NCBI GenBank assembly: GCA_051530055.1
Contig: CM121341.1
Span: forward strand, 5,744,784 to 5,808,783
Reading direction: 5' to 3'
Length of the DNA: 64,000 bases
Source of the DNA: Neoechinorhynchus agilis
Taxonomy: Eukaryota > Animalia > Acanthocephala
Shown here: positions 37,428 to 50,300 of the stretch, piece by piece
Layout of the letters: every line of letters begins with the position of its first letter
Numbering within the stretch: the stretch's first letter is position 1
Program-made: the position numbers and the translations under genes
Notes under the pieces: generated by a model
Database searches by the model: none
What the model saw: only the letters and a program-made list of their open reading frames with translations
What the model was told of the DNA's origin: nothing

Positions 37428-38536
37428 ATGATTGATGCATATACCTATCCAAAATATCTTCTTTTTCACAGTTCCACTCTACTCCACATTCATCAAATGT
37501 ATACTAATCTACGATCACTCTATAGTCGACAACGAAGATGCCATCATCATCGCAAAAACTCCTTTTGGACCACCAATTTATTTGACATGGTCCTCGGTCA
37601 TCTCACCCTCTTCGCCATTACGAACACTTTCAAACTCTACAATATCAACCGTTCTGCATTTATCCAGTTGTTCCGGAAAATACTTTGCTTGTATCAAAAA
37701 GTTCAATGCATTTTGAAAAACAATCCATTGGGACTAAAACTCCATCTTCAATTCGTCCACATGATCGCTCGCTTCTTTGACCATCAAATGAAAGTTTGGT
37801 ACACTATCATGGCATTGAGTGCATCTTCTCCAATTGGATCGTTCATTGTGAGTCTCCTAAGAATTTGTTTAATGTTCTTTGGTATATCCAGCTTTCTATG
37901 TGTTTTGGCTGATGTCTCATTCCTTTTTAAATCCTTCTGTTGTATGAGCTTCTATCAAGTACATCAGAAGGCAATACAATCAGCTTCTTCTTATTTCATG
38001 CCTATATGGCAAAACTCTATGTATTGTCCTACAGTGCTCTTTGGAAACTCTCCAAAATATTCCTTAATGATCGATATGACTCACATGGAAATAGGGACGA
38101 ACGATATTCATTACAACAACTGTACACTTCAACTCTACTCCTCACGATCGTCCTTTTTCTCATGCCTAATGTAATGGTCTTTTACGCCGTCTTTGCAGCA
38201 TTCCGTTTGACCTTAATGATAATCGGCGAAACCGTCCCAATGTGGATTTATATGGCAGTGAGATCCATTCCTTTGTATGAAGCTTTTTTGCTCATTTGTC
38301 AACCTCTGGAAATTCGACGCAAACGACATTTAGAAGGTGAGGTTGAGACAATTGAAAGTGAGCTCTATCGACTTAAAATCGTTCATATTCAAGATAAGTC
38401 TCTGTGGACTATGAAAAAAGTGACATTTGGATGTGGCACTGAGCGTCTTGTTTTCAGTTCTTGTGCCTCTTTAATGAAGGTCGTTAAGGATCTCATTGCC
38501 GGAAATGGATTTCGAGCTCAATTAATGTCGTTTTAA
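37428..38536 (+). CDS. PIGQ: GPI-GlcNAc transferase subunit PIG-Q/Gpi1, 2 coding segments
   Basis: NLFDMVLG, NPLGLKL, YMAKLY and YSLQQLYTSTLLLTIVLFLMP match the Gpi1 domain. The frame changes once, at 37934-37988. Confidence 0.88.
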
Positions 38537-38817
38537 TGCACACGCGCACACAAAATGAAGATAGCTTTTAATCGAAAAAAAACTTTAAATCGAAAAAGGT
38601 TTGGTCCAGTGAAGAAAGCAACGCTTAGCTACGATTATGAGGTTCACACTTCTCCGATCACGTTAGAGATTATTGTTTCTGGAAAGCATTATTTTCGTTA
38701 ATAGTTACATAAAGAAAACGCCGATAAGTTCAGATTGTTGAATGACAAAATGTTACACTTCCCCTTCCTTCTCTCCCTTTAACGAAACGAGGACGACAAT
38801 GAGTTTTTGTTTGAAGA

Positions 38818-38985
38818 TTGGCGTAAAAAAATAAAAAAGACTTTATCAGATCCGTGTTTTGGGAGCCACAATCTTGTAACGCGATTATCATTCGCACTTG
38901 AATGTGAACAACTTTGATAAACGTAGTCAACATTGTGGCTCCCAAAACACGGATTTGATAAAGTCTTTTTATTTTTTTACGCCAA
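38818..38985. mobile_element. MITE-like element with ~54-bp TIRs
   Basis: TTGGCGTAAAAAAATAAAAAAGACTTTATCAGATCCGTGTTTTGGGAGCCACAAT pairs with ATTGTGGCTCCCAAAACACGGATTTGATAAAGTCTTTTTATTTTTTTACGCCAA. Confidence 0.85.
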
Positions 38986-39090
38986 AAACTGAGTTTTTGA
39001 ACGAAAATGAAACGTCTGTTTAAAACAGGTTTGTTAATCGATAGGACTTACCGTTGACTTCGATCATCGGTAGAAGATACCTTCTTTAAG

Positions 39091-39698
39091 ATGATCAGTC
39101 GTTTTATCCATTCGATCTCACAAGTTGGTCAGAAGCTCGTCTATTCGAATCCTTCTCGTTTAACACCATTTCTCTTACGTGGTGCCTTACTCGGAACAGG
39201 ACTCACAACGATTAACCTTCTCATAGTTAGCAGAAACTTAAAATCAGTGACAAATGGATTGGACGAGTCCAAACTCAACCCTATTGGATTGCATTTTTAG
39301 AACATGTTTTCGCGCAAAGGATTTATCTCACTTTATAGTTGCGTGGAAGCTTGCTGAACAAAAGTCGGCATCAGATTGTGAACTGGTTTGACTTGATGGC
39401 ATTGACTTGGGGGGGTATTCTCATGTTACTAAGCGCCTACGGCTGCCGGCGATACGTAAAGCAAATTTTATTCAATGAGCAGCAAAGACAAGTCACAATT
39501 GAAGTTTTTGGTTTCTTAAAACGACGAGCCATAAAGGTGGACGTAAATTCGGTTTCAGCGAGAAAATCTCGAACAGGGACTCGGATGTTAAAACTAAATG
39601 TCCGATCGTATCGATTGCCATTTATCATTGATACTAATTGTCGCTTTGAAGATGAACGTGTTTTCGATCATGACATTGGACTCAACAGGGGCTTTTAG
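39091..39698 (+). CDS. TMEM223: Mitochondrial membrane protein TMEM223-like, 2 exons
   Basis: Two TM helices, then RRYVKQILF..QVTI, LKLNVRSYRLPFIID and FDHDIG, matching 'RSVRSV.L...QVTL', 'PLKVKG..FYFLLD' and 'FD.TVG'. A canonical 92-nt intron (39247-39338) is possible. Confidence 0.75.
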
Positions 39699-40227
39699 TA
39701 GCAGTGTAGTCCCTTGGCAATCCATTAGACTAAGCAGCTGTTCCGTATCAGAAGTTTGAGAGACCACTTTCTTAATTGTGTGTGTACTCTTGGGTGTATG
39801 TTTGTGTTGATGGTAGTGGCATTTGTCAAAGTCACCCACACATAAATTATATAGGACTGCCTAAAACCACAATTGGACCAAGTCAGCGTGACCTTTAGCT
39901 AATCAGATCGAGAAATTCCGAGACGAGACACTGCATTCTGATAGCTGTTGGAACGCTACATCAGCGACTGCAATCATCTGCACAGTTGCGAATCGGATGA
40001 TTTAATAGGCATCCAGACTGATTAGTGGTAGCGTTAGAGATTCGAAGTACAACGGAGGTGACTCTGAGAGATCGTTACTGCCTCATTGCTTTCACGTTAC
40101 GAGTCCACAACTTCATCCGGATACAACTTGGTTTTCACATTCCTTTTTTTGCCTTCACTTTCGCATGCAAAATAGGCAGAAATTATCGCTATAATTTATT
40201 TTCCGAAAAGTTGAAATTCGGTATTAA

Positions 40228-41105
40228 ACAAGAAAATCGGGATCCAATTTGTCGACCGGTGCAAATCATACAAGAAAATCAGGATCCAATTTGTCGACCG
40301 GTGCAAATCACACAAGAAAATCCGGATCGAATTTGTAGACTATTTTTTTGGCTTCTGGCTCACGTTATCGCATTTGTGCGAATTTGTTTTTCGGTGCAAA
40401 TCACACAAGAAAATCCCGATCGAATTTGTCGACTATTTTTCTGCTTCTGGCTCACGTTATCGCATTTGTGCGAATTCGGTTTTCGGTGCAAATCACACAA
40501 GAAAATCCGGATCGAATTTGTCGACTATTTTTTGGCTTCTGGCTCACGTTATCGCATTTGTGCGAATTCGGTTTTCGGTGCAAATCACACAAAAAAATCC
40601 GGATCGAATTTGTGGACTATTTTTTTGGCTTCTGGCTCACGTTATCGCGTTTGTGCGAATTCGGTTTTCGGTGCAAATCACACAAGAAAATCCTGATCGA
40701 ATTTGTCGACTATTTTTTGGCTTCTGGCTCACGTTATCGCATTTGTGCGAATTTGTTTTTCGGTGCAAATCACACAAGAAAATCCGGATCGAATTTGTCG
40801 ACTATTTTTCTGCTTCTGGCTCACGTTATCGCATTTGTGCGAATTTGTTTTTCGGTGCAAATCACACAAAAAAATCCCGATCGAATTTGTGGACTATTTT
40901 TCTGCTTCTGGCTCACGTTATCGCGTTTGTGCGAATTCGGTTTTCGGTGCAAATCACACAAGAAAATCCTGATCGAATTTGTCGACTATTTTTTTGCTTC
41001 TGGCTCACGTTATCGCATTTGTGCGAATTCGGTTTTCGGTGCAAATCACACAAGAAAATCCGGATCGAATTTGTGGACTATTTTTTTGGCTTCTGGCTCA
41101 CGTTT
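40228..41105. repeat. Tandem array: two 42-bp units followed by ~9 copies of a 92-bp unit
   Basis: CGGTGCAAATCACACAAGAAAATCCGGATCGAATTTGTCGAC recurs at 40392, 40484 and onward. CAAGAAAATC occurs at 40229, 40271 and 40313. Confidence 0.95.
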
Positions 41106-42028
41106 CCGTTATCGCGTTTACGTGAAAATCGTGCATTTTCCCGCACGTAATCTTTTTTTTAAAAAAATTCACTGATTTTCCAAGGACAAAAGCGTTCTGT
41201 TCAAACTTATCATCAGGTATCAAATCGCATTAATTTTCCTGAGACCTTCTTCAAAAAATCCACGTGATATTTTATGAGACACGCGTCCGTCTTGTCGAGA
41301 GCTAACGTGACATTTCCGGCTGAGCAAAGTGCAATTTGGAGACAATAATACGGTCATTACCGATCTAATCGTTAAACGCGATCTCTTCTTCGAATGATGG
41401 AATATTATGTTCCACAATTTGTTGATCAAAAACATTATCTCATGGGATAACATTGTTTGCCCTTTTCCACTGTCTTATGTTTGTACACATTGACGACTTC
41501 TTTGAAGAGCTTTCCCTTTGTTGGACGAGTTTCGTTGTTAAAGTGCTCTCTCGACACAAAAGGAGGTATCCATTTCCCTTGCGGGAAAATTAACAACTTG
41601 CGTAAGTCGTCCATTAGGAGGCTGGTGACCACTTCCTCCAATACAGCCCAAATGGAATTCCTCGATCTCTATTTGTGATGTCTCTCTAACTCCTATGGAG
41701 CTGATTGCATCCAACGACAACACACACCAGACCGATATCCCCTAGCTCCTACCAGTCGTAGACTGCCGAGTAGTGTACACAACACACAGAATTCCTCGAT
41801 CTGCACCACAAATTCCTAGGAGATGGCGAAAAGATCTTATGGGTGTATTTTTTCTAAAATCACACATCTCGCTATCAAACTCTTCCTTTTTTTACTGAAT
41901 TTCTTTTTAACCTGTGCTGCGAGATTAACAACAGTTCCTGATATTCTTGTTTCTCTTGGTGTTCGCCGTCTTCTAGTGCATTTTCTGATGTTATACTTTT
42001 TTGGTGACCATATAGACCGATTTTGAGC

Positions 42029-44545
42029 TTGGAATTATTATGGTTACAAGTCTACACTCGCGGTAAATGAGTGTTTCGATCGAAAAAGACGTTCGGCGAA
42101 CCTCGTAGGCTGTTCATCATAAAATAGAAGTAGATGAGTATTTTAGAACTGATGATAAAGGGCCTACGAGGTTCGCCGAATGTCTTTTTCGATCGAAACA
42201 CTCATTTGCCGCGAATGAAGACTTGTAACCATAATTCCAATAATCACATTCTGCCCGGTACCTCCTCACACATCGACAATTTTTTCTTAATTTGTTATTA
42301 AAAGACCTGTGAAACTGATGATAAACGGCATTCGAGGTTCGCCGAATGTCTTTTTCGATCGAAACACTCATTTGCCGCGAATGAAGACTTGTAACCATAA
42401 TTCCAATAATCACATTCTCCCCGGTACCTCCTCACACATCGACAATTTTTTCTTAATTTGTTATTAAAAGACCTGTGAAACTGATGATAAACGGCATTCG
42501 AGGTTCGCCGAATGTCTTTTTCGATCGAAACACTCATTTGCCGCGAATGAAGACTTGTAACCATAATTCCAATAATCACATTCTCCCCGGTACCTCCTCA
42601 CACATCGACAATTTTTTCTTAATTTGTTATTAAAAGACCTGTGAAACTGATGATAAACGGCATTCGAGGTTCGCCGAATGTCTTTTTCGATCGAAACACT
42701 CATTTGCCGCGAATGAAGACTTGTAACCATAATCCCAATAATCACATTCTCCCCGGTACCTCCTCACACATCGACAATTTTTTCTTAATTTGTTATTAAA
42801 AGACCTGTGAAACTGATGATAAACGGCATTCGAGGTTCGCCGAATGTCTTTTTCGATCGAAACACTCATTTGCCGCGAATGAAGACTTGTAACCATAATT
42901 CCAATAATCACATTCTCCCCGGTACCTCCTCACACATCGACAATTTTTTCTTAATTTGTTATTAAAAGACCTGTGAAACTGATGATAAGGGCCTTCGAGG
43001 TTCGCCGAATGTCTTTTTCGATCGAAACACTCATTTGCCGCGAATGAAGACTTGTAACCATAATTCCAATAATCACATTCTCCCCGGTACCTCCTCACAC
43101 ATCGACAATTTTTTCTTAATTTGTTATTAAAAGACCTGTGAAACTGATGATAAAGGGCCTTCGAGGTTCGCCGAATGTCTTTTTCGATCGAAACACTCAT
43201 TTGCCGCGAATGAAGACTTGTAACCATAATTCCAATAATCACATTCTCCCCGGTACCTCCTCACACATCGACAATTTTTTCTTAATTTGTTATTAAAAGA
43301 CCTGTGAAACTGATGATAAACGGCATTCGAGGTTCGCCGAATGTCTTTTTCGATCGAAACACTCATTTGCCGCGAATGAAGACTTGTAACCATAATTCCA
43401 ATAATCACATTCTCCCCGGTACCTCCTCACACATCGACAATTTTTTCTTAATTTGTTATTAAAAGACCTGTGAAACTGATGATAAACGGCATTCGAGGTT
43501 CGCCGAATGTCTTTTTATCGAAACACTCATTTGCCGCGAATGAAGACTTGTAACCATAATTCCAATAATCACATTCTCCCCGGTACCTCCTCACACATCG
43601 ACAATTTTTTCTTAATTTGTTATTAAAAGACCTGTGAAACTGATGATAAACGGCATTCGAGGTTCGCCGAATGTCTTTTTCGATCGAAACACTCATTTGC
43701 CGCGAATGAAGACTTGTAACCATAATTCCAATAATCACATTCTCCCCGGTACCTCCTCACACATCGACAATTTTTTCTTAATTTGTTATTAAAAGACCTG
43801 TGAAACTGATGATAAACGGCATTCGAGGTTCGCCGAATGTCTTTTTCGATCGAAACACTCATTTGCCGCGAATGAAGACTTGTAACCATAATTCCAATAA
43901 TCACATTCTCCCCGGTACCTCCTCACACATCGACAATTTTTTCTTAATTTGTTATTAAAAGACCTGTGAAACTGATGATAATCGAGGTTCGCGAAGTCTT
44001 TTTCGATCGAAACACTCATTTGCCGCGAATGAAGACTTGTAACCATAATCCAATAATCACATTCTCCGGTACCTCCTCCACATCGACAATTTTTCTTAAT
44101 TTGTTATTAAAAGACCTGTGAAACTGATGATAAAGGCTTCGAGGTTCGCCGAATGTCTTTTTCGATCGAAACACTCATTTGCCGCGAATGAAGACTTGTA
44201 ACCATAATTCCAATAATCACATTCTCCCGGTACCTCCTCACACATCGACAATTTTTCTTAATTTGTTATTAAAGACCTGTGAAACTGATGATAAGCTTCG
44301 AGGTTCGCCGAATGTCTTTTTCGATCGAAACACTCATTTGCCGCGAATGAAGACTTGTAACCATAATTCCAATAATCACATTCTCCCCGGTACCTCCTCA
44401 CACATCGACAATTTTTTCTTAATTTGTTATTAAAAGACCTGTGAAACTGATGATAAGGGCCTTCGAGGTTCGCCGAATGTTTTTTTCGGTCGAAACACTC
44501 ATTTGCCGCGAATGAAGACTTGTAGCCATAATTCCAATCACATTC
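42029..44545. repeat. Tandem satellite, 166-bp unit, ~14.5 copies, preceded by one inverted ~90-bp arm
   Basis: Identical ORFs are spaced 166 bp apart (42298, 42464, 42630, 42796). 42029-42119 is the reverse complement of 42150-42240. Confidence 0.97.
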
Positions 44546-45509
44546 CCCGCAAGTTTATTTGAGATATTTCGCGACTAGGTAACCTCACCTCATTCGGTTC
44601 ATTGATTGTACAAATATTCGAAAGCTTACAATCAATGAGGTCACCAATTTCGACATTTCTCAAAATAAACTCAAAATAAGTTATGACGATTTTCTGAATT
44701 GGTTTTTCGAGCCATCCGGGAAAAAAGCCGATAAAATTCGCGCTTAAATACAAGAGTTTATGCAAAAGCTTATTAAAATACACTTTAAATGGGCTAAAAG
44801 TGCACTTGAGGTTTAAAAAATAACTTTAAATTCTATACTTTTGCCGTCGATTCTAATAACGTGTTCACACAAATTCTTTTTTTTTTCAAAGACCGAGTAA
44901 AGATCCGCGGTTTCGAGGGTGTTTTGGTTCATTTTTTCGACAAAAGGTCTAAGAGCACTTCCACAACCATGTTGTTTTCGTTGCCATTGTTTTGTCTACA
45001 ATGTCGCCATGTTTTGATAAAGCTATCTCGTGGATTTTCCTTAAATCGAACTTCTAGGCCTCATGCAACTCGCTGATCGTTTAAAACTCAAACGCGTATG
45101 TGCAAATGAAGGCGATCAATGCGCCAAATAGAAATTTAGTGGTGAACAGTGGCTGACTATTTGTAGTTTACGAGAATAACACCAGATTAAAACAATGTCG
45201 AGTAGGCATAAACATTTGTAGATGCTCAATGATTGTTGACATCGTTCCTTACGTGAGTATATGAGGCTTGTAATCTTCTTAGTCGATTGAAGTCACACAT
45301 TATATGCTTGTCGCACTTTTGCGTCCAAAAGATCCCATTTGTCGCTTAGATCATCATTAGTTATCGATTATCGGTTAGTCCATTGAATCACGACACATCA
45401 TACCTCATAATTTATCTTCATCGAGCTCCTCATGATTTAAACTGACATAAAGAGTTATGTCTTCTATTATTCAGTTAATTCTCTAATTTATTTCCAATAT
45501 TTCTAGTCA

Positions 45510-45592
45510 AATAATTCCGACAGTTCCTCTCAAGATTTGTATTAAAAGACGCTCCAACAATGATAAACCTTTAAGAAATGTCGGAATTATTC
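45510..45592. repeat. Small hairpin element sharing an internal motif with the 166-bp satellite
   Basis: AATAATTCCGACA...TGTCGGAATTATT arms. The interior TATTAAAAGAC...TGATAAAC resembles the satellite and 56535-56565. Confidence 0.5.
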
Positions 45593-46557
45593 GACTTGGT
45601 ATAGGAAGGGAGGGTTGCAAAACTAAGAAAAAGGGAATTAAAGAGTTATAGCGGGGAGCAATTATGGAAGATTGGAAAAAGACGTTCTGCGAACCATCAG
45701 TTTTTTATAGACGAAGTTCGCAGACCGTCCTTTTAATCGAAATAATCACTTACCGCGTATTTAGACCTAAATCAAAAGCGATTTTTACATTTTAAATGGC
45801 ATTCAATTGATCATAAATGTCATGAAATCATTCACATCACCGCTACGATAATCCCAAAGCAAATATCGTTTCTCAAGTTGAGTGTTGAAGATTACAAAAT
45901 AGACTAGTAGGCGTGTGTGAAAAACAATGTGAATTGTAAAATACCGAAGCGAAAATACGGCAATCCTCATCGATTTCGTCTGAACAAAGCCATCCTTATT
46001 AAAGCTTCAAATACTTTTCATTAGATGTCAAAAATCATTTCGATGTGTTTTCCAAAGTATGTTTCATGCACTCAAAATTGTGCGACAGGTTTCGAAATTG
46101 TTTACTGAAATAACCTCCTTAAGCCAAAAAAAACATAGAAGCGATAGGTGTTTGTTTCATTATTTTTTATTTATTTTAAAAAGTTACAAAGACAAATATT
46201 TTTCTGTCAATTTGTTAGTGTTTGCAATCATTTTTCTTGAGCAAGTGCGATTTTTTTTTCATTTTTAAACACCCACCCACACATTGAATTCGTGGTTTAA
46301 ACTAATCCGTTTTAGTTCACTTAGTTTTTCCGTTCATGGTAAATATCGTAGGAAAACTTTAAATTGGATCTTTACTGTTTTCCCTTACGTCCGTTTTTTC
46401 ATGGTAATCTCGTCGTGGCACTATTTGCTTTCCATTTTCTCCACTGTGCCTGCTTCATTGTGGTTGTTGTTGTTGTTGTTGTCGGTTATGTGTGTACACT
46501 GCCTTTACCCATCGCGAATAGTGGTTTCTATTCTTGCTCCCCAAAACAATTCCAGGT

Positions 46558-47946
46558 ATGGCTCTTTTCCTCAGTGCCGAGATATTTAAAAGCATTGGAC
46601 CACCAAAAGTTCTCAATGATGATGGTTACGATCGACTGAGTCGTCGATATTCTGCAGTGGTGATCGGGATCCTTCTTGTGGTCGTCACTTCTAGTCAATT
46701 GGTCGGCAAACCCTTAAGTGTGATAAGTTGTTGGTGTCCAGCGGAATTCACTGGCGAGATGATTCGATATGCAAACAGTATTTGCTGGGCTAAAAATACT
46801 TTTTATGTCCCTGAAGACCGCCATATTCCTCTCAGACATGAAATCCGCCCGCCACATATCAGCTATTACCAATGGGTTCCATTTATATTGCTCGCCCAAC
46901 TGTTCTTATTCTATGTTCCTGGATTCCTTTGGCGCAATCTAAACCGATTTTCGTTCGTTGATTCAAAAACAATAATGGGTCAAATCCACAGATTGGACGT
47001 TGTGGATAACAAACGAAAGGATAAGATCGATTCACTTGTAAACCAATTCCATCGCGCTTTAGGACATGCCCGAAACGGTCGGCGAAAGGACCCTTCCACA
47101 AACCGTTTGTGGAAAGATCGTCCTCGAATGAGACGAATGGATATCTTGGCGGGATAGCTTCTTTAGCGTAAAATACCCATTTTACTCAATATATGCATCC
47201 GCGGAATTAGACTCCCTTTTGGTAACACAAGCGGCAGCTTCCTCGTCTACATTTACTTCTTCATAAAAATCCTTTACGTTTTCAATGCGGTTGGTCAATT
47301 ATTCGCTCTCAATAAATTTCTTGGCTATCCATACAGTTGGCATGGTCTTATCCATCTTCAATCGTTTTTGACTGCAATGCCAGGACAGCGAGGAAACACG
47401 AGTGTAAATCGTTTTCCTATCGTAACAATCTGTGAATTCGGAGTCCGCGGTTTAGCCGACCAGAGGCGGCGATACTCTATACAATGCACCCTTCCAATCA
47501 ACATCTTCAACGATAAAATATTTCTGATCATTTGGTACTGGCTAGTGTTTGTATCTGCTGCATCAATATTCGGTCTGATCAGATTCTTTTTATCAATGAC
47601 AACCAATCGAAGATTGAATTTTGTACAGCGACATCTAAATGTAAACCGATCTTTGCTGTGTACAAGGTGTAATGGATCCGGAAAAGTGAGAATTAATGGA
47701 GATTCGGCACCGTGCGAATGTCAAACTGACGGCGAGGCTAAGATTGATAGGAATGAAATCGCCTTCTTCGCCGAAGAGTATTGTCGACCCGACGGAGTTT
47801 TTGTTTTAAAACTAATTGAGGAGAACGTAGATGAAGTGATAGTTGGTGAGATTGTCACTTCTCTGTGGAAAAAATACGAGAACGAAGCCAATTACTTTTT
47901 CAGCTTGAGACAACACAACGGTGGCGCTCCTGGGTTATTTGGATGA
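46558..47946 (+). CDS. inx: Innexin (gap-junction protein) 1
   Basis: DRLSRRYS, CWCPAEF, ICW, YYQWVPFILL, KILYVFNAVGQ, FPIVTICEF and CTLPINIFNDKIF motifs. Two in-frame TAGs (47155, 47164) require an intron. Confidence 0.95.
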
Positions 47947-48161
47947 GCGCAGTATATGTAGATCTATTTTGCTTTTAAAACAATTGTGCATTGGTATGAT
48001 TGGGATGGAACCGTCACGTATCGGTAGGTAATTGTCATTTAGATGGCAAAATCGATACTTTTAATTAATACCTTAATTATCGGCAAGGACCTGCCAATGA
48101 GAAAATCGTAATGTGCTCCAAACTACGATAAAATCTTTAAAACCCCTTTTTGTTTCTAGAT

Positions 48162-49494
48162 ATGCCAGTTCCTCAACTACTGCAAACGACCCGAATACTG
48201 CGATCACACAATAATCGAATCGCAGAAGACTGTATAGATCGATTGATCGGAACATACTCTATCGTTTTAATTGGAGTATTTATCTTAATACTCACAACAT
48301 CCCAATTTATTGGTCGTCCGTTAACAGCTATAAGCTGCTTCTGTCCAGCGGAATTTACCGGAGAAATGGTAGATTACACTAATACGTTCTGTTGGACAAA
48401 GGGCACATTTTTCTTACCTTCAAACAGTGACTTTCCTGTAACAAGTAAAAGCTACGATCGAAAAGATCTTGGTGTTGAGTACATCAACTACTATCAATGG
48501 GCGCCATTCTTGCTAATGTTGGCCGCTTTTGCCCTCTTCTTTCCTGGATTTCTATGGCGGAATTTAAGTTCAACTTCACATACCCTTAATATGATCACTG
48601 TTCTCAACGAAGCTAAATCATGTGAATCTGTTCTGACACAACCATGCAACATTGGTTGTATTGATCGTTATTGCGCCATTGGTAAGCTCGCTCAGCTCAT
48701 TGACGATTCCTTAACCCTTCAGCATCTTCTTGATGATTCAAATTTCGACGGGTTTTTGGATGTTGAATCATCAATGAGGTAGACTGAACAGTGGGAGTCG
48801 ATCTAGATTGAGCATCGCACCGCTTGCAAGCTCGCGAATCCTCTGCTCGTGCTACTGGTTATGCAAATCTTTATTTGTAATATCCAGTCTTGCAGTTCTT
48901 ATGAGTCTCAATCATTTTCTATACAATAACAACGATGGAACTTGGATATCTGGGATCAGAGGCCGTTTCAGTCACAACTACCATAATACCATAAGTCAGG
49001 GTTCAGCTAGATTTCCTTTTAGTACTCTTTGTGAGTTCACAGTTCGTGGAATGGGAGATAAGCGACAAAGTTACCTCGTTCATTGTTCGATCCCTATCAA
49101 TATATTCAACGCAAAGATATTTGGGTTTCTTTATTTCTGGACTCTTATTTGCATGGCAATGAGCATTATCGGCTTAGTTCGTATCAGTTTCCACATGGTT
49201 TTTCGATCACACAGAAAAAGGTTTATCCAGAAAATCCTATTTGAACGTGGATGTCCTTCGTTTATGCTTGATATCAAAGGTGCAAAACATTATTTAGATG
49301 CTAAAATTGATTCGCGTAATCCTGAACAATTAAATACTGTTGTCGAGGATATTGACGCATTTATTGATCGATATCTCGGTGCCGACGGCGTTCTAGTGCT
49401 CAAAAAGATGAGCACTGATGTCAGAATCAAAGCAATTGATCATCTGTGGTCGCGATTTGTGGCGCGGAGGCAATTCCAAATGCCTAAAATATGA
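48162..49494 (+). CDS. inx: Innexin 2 (tandem paralog)
   Basis: IDRLIGTYS, CFCPAEF, FCW, YYQWAPF, FPFSTLCEF, CSIPINIFNAKIF and DGVLVL motifs. GT-AG intron 48752-48806 (or 48779-48806). Confidence 0.95.
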
Positions 49495-50099
49495 AATCAT
49501 GCATATAAATCTTAATAAAGGCAAAGTGATTTTGACAGTGGCATTAAAGAAATCAATATCTTATTAAAACATACTCATTTGACAATCAAGTTCTCTGAAG
49601 ACACAAGAGAGCATAAGACATTCCACTTAATGTTAGTTGGACTTTTTTCCACACCTTTCGTTTGTTTTATTTTAAGTTTTACTGGCAAGCCGGTATTGTT
49701 ATCATCATTAAATTTTAGTTTCTTGTCCGGCGCATTCAATTTGTCCGCCATTTAAACAATAGAGAAACCGCATCCTATGGTCAGTCCTTTGTTTGGCACT
49801 ATCATGACCAGAACAGCAGTATCGTTGTCCTCGTTTTGATATATATTCTCTATTTTGTCCTTGAAATAGGACTGATTCGGTTCACCCCTCCGAATTGTTC
49901 TCGACCTGCGAAAAATCACCGGTTTCAAGGCTCCATAGTGGAGATGATCCACAAAAGACCGCTCGCTTTTGTAACTTTGATTCGAACCTCTTTTAATTGC
50001 TCATTCAATTTTAGTCAATCCCTTTCTTGTCCGGCTTATTTATTTAGGCATAAAGCCAAATCAATTATACATCAGAGAAGTGATATAACCACATAATCT

Positions 50100-50300
50100 C
50101 TCTAATACACACGGTAAAGAGTTTGTACATTCGTCCGGATCCTCAGATACCTCCCGGGGAGGCGGGACTCATCAGTGAGTTTCCTCCTCCTTTCAACGAG
50201 ATATTTTGTCCCCTTTGATTGTGGGTCATTGTTGGTAACGGATTCGAACCACTTGACCCCTAATCGGGATCACAGGCATTAGTCCGTTATGTAAATAACT
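50100..50300 (-). ncRNA. tRNA-derived head plus hammerhead-ribozyme-like core (SINE/retrozyme-like)
   Basis: Minus strand has B-box GGTTCGAATCC (50240-50250) and a degenerate A-box at tRNA spacing, then CTGATGA-GTCC...GGAC-GAA (50130-50175). Confidence 0.5.

Noticed and set aside
39247-39342. TMEM223 junction as a fifth hairpin insert (TTGC repeat, 50 nt)
   Set aside because: There is no convincing stem, and a canonical 92-nt GT-AG intron fits.
40025-41175. Long ORFs (223-275 aa) in all three plus frames
   Set aside because: Stop-poor 92-bp tandem repeat; the peptides cycle through the frames.
41220-41723. Short ORFs between the 92- and 166-bp arrays
   Set aside because: No recognisable domain or consistent exon structure.
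42117-44433. Repeated 93-aa minus-strand ORFs
   Set aside because: Satellite artefact.
47155-47166. Stop-codon reassignment or readthrough as an explanation for broken genes
   Set aside because: TAA, TAG and TGA all terminate clear genes here, and most breaks are frameshifts that recoding cannot fix.
48779-48806. 28-nt mini-intron in innexin 2
   Set aside because: A 55-nt GT-AG intron from 48752 fits equally well, so ultra-short introns are not demonstrated.
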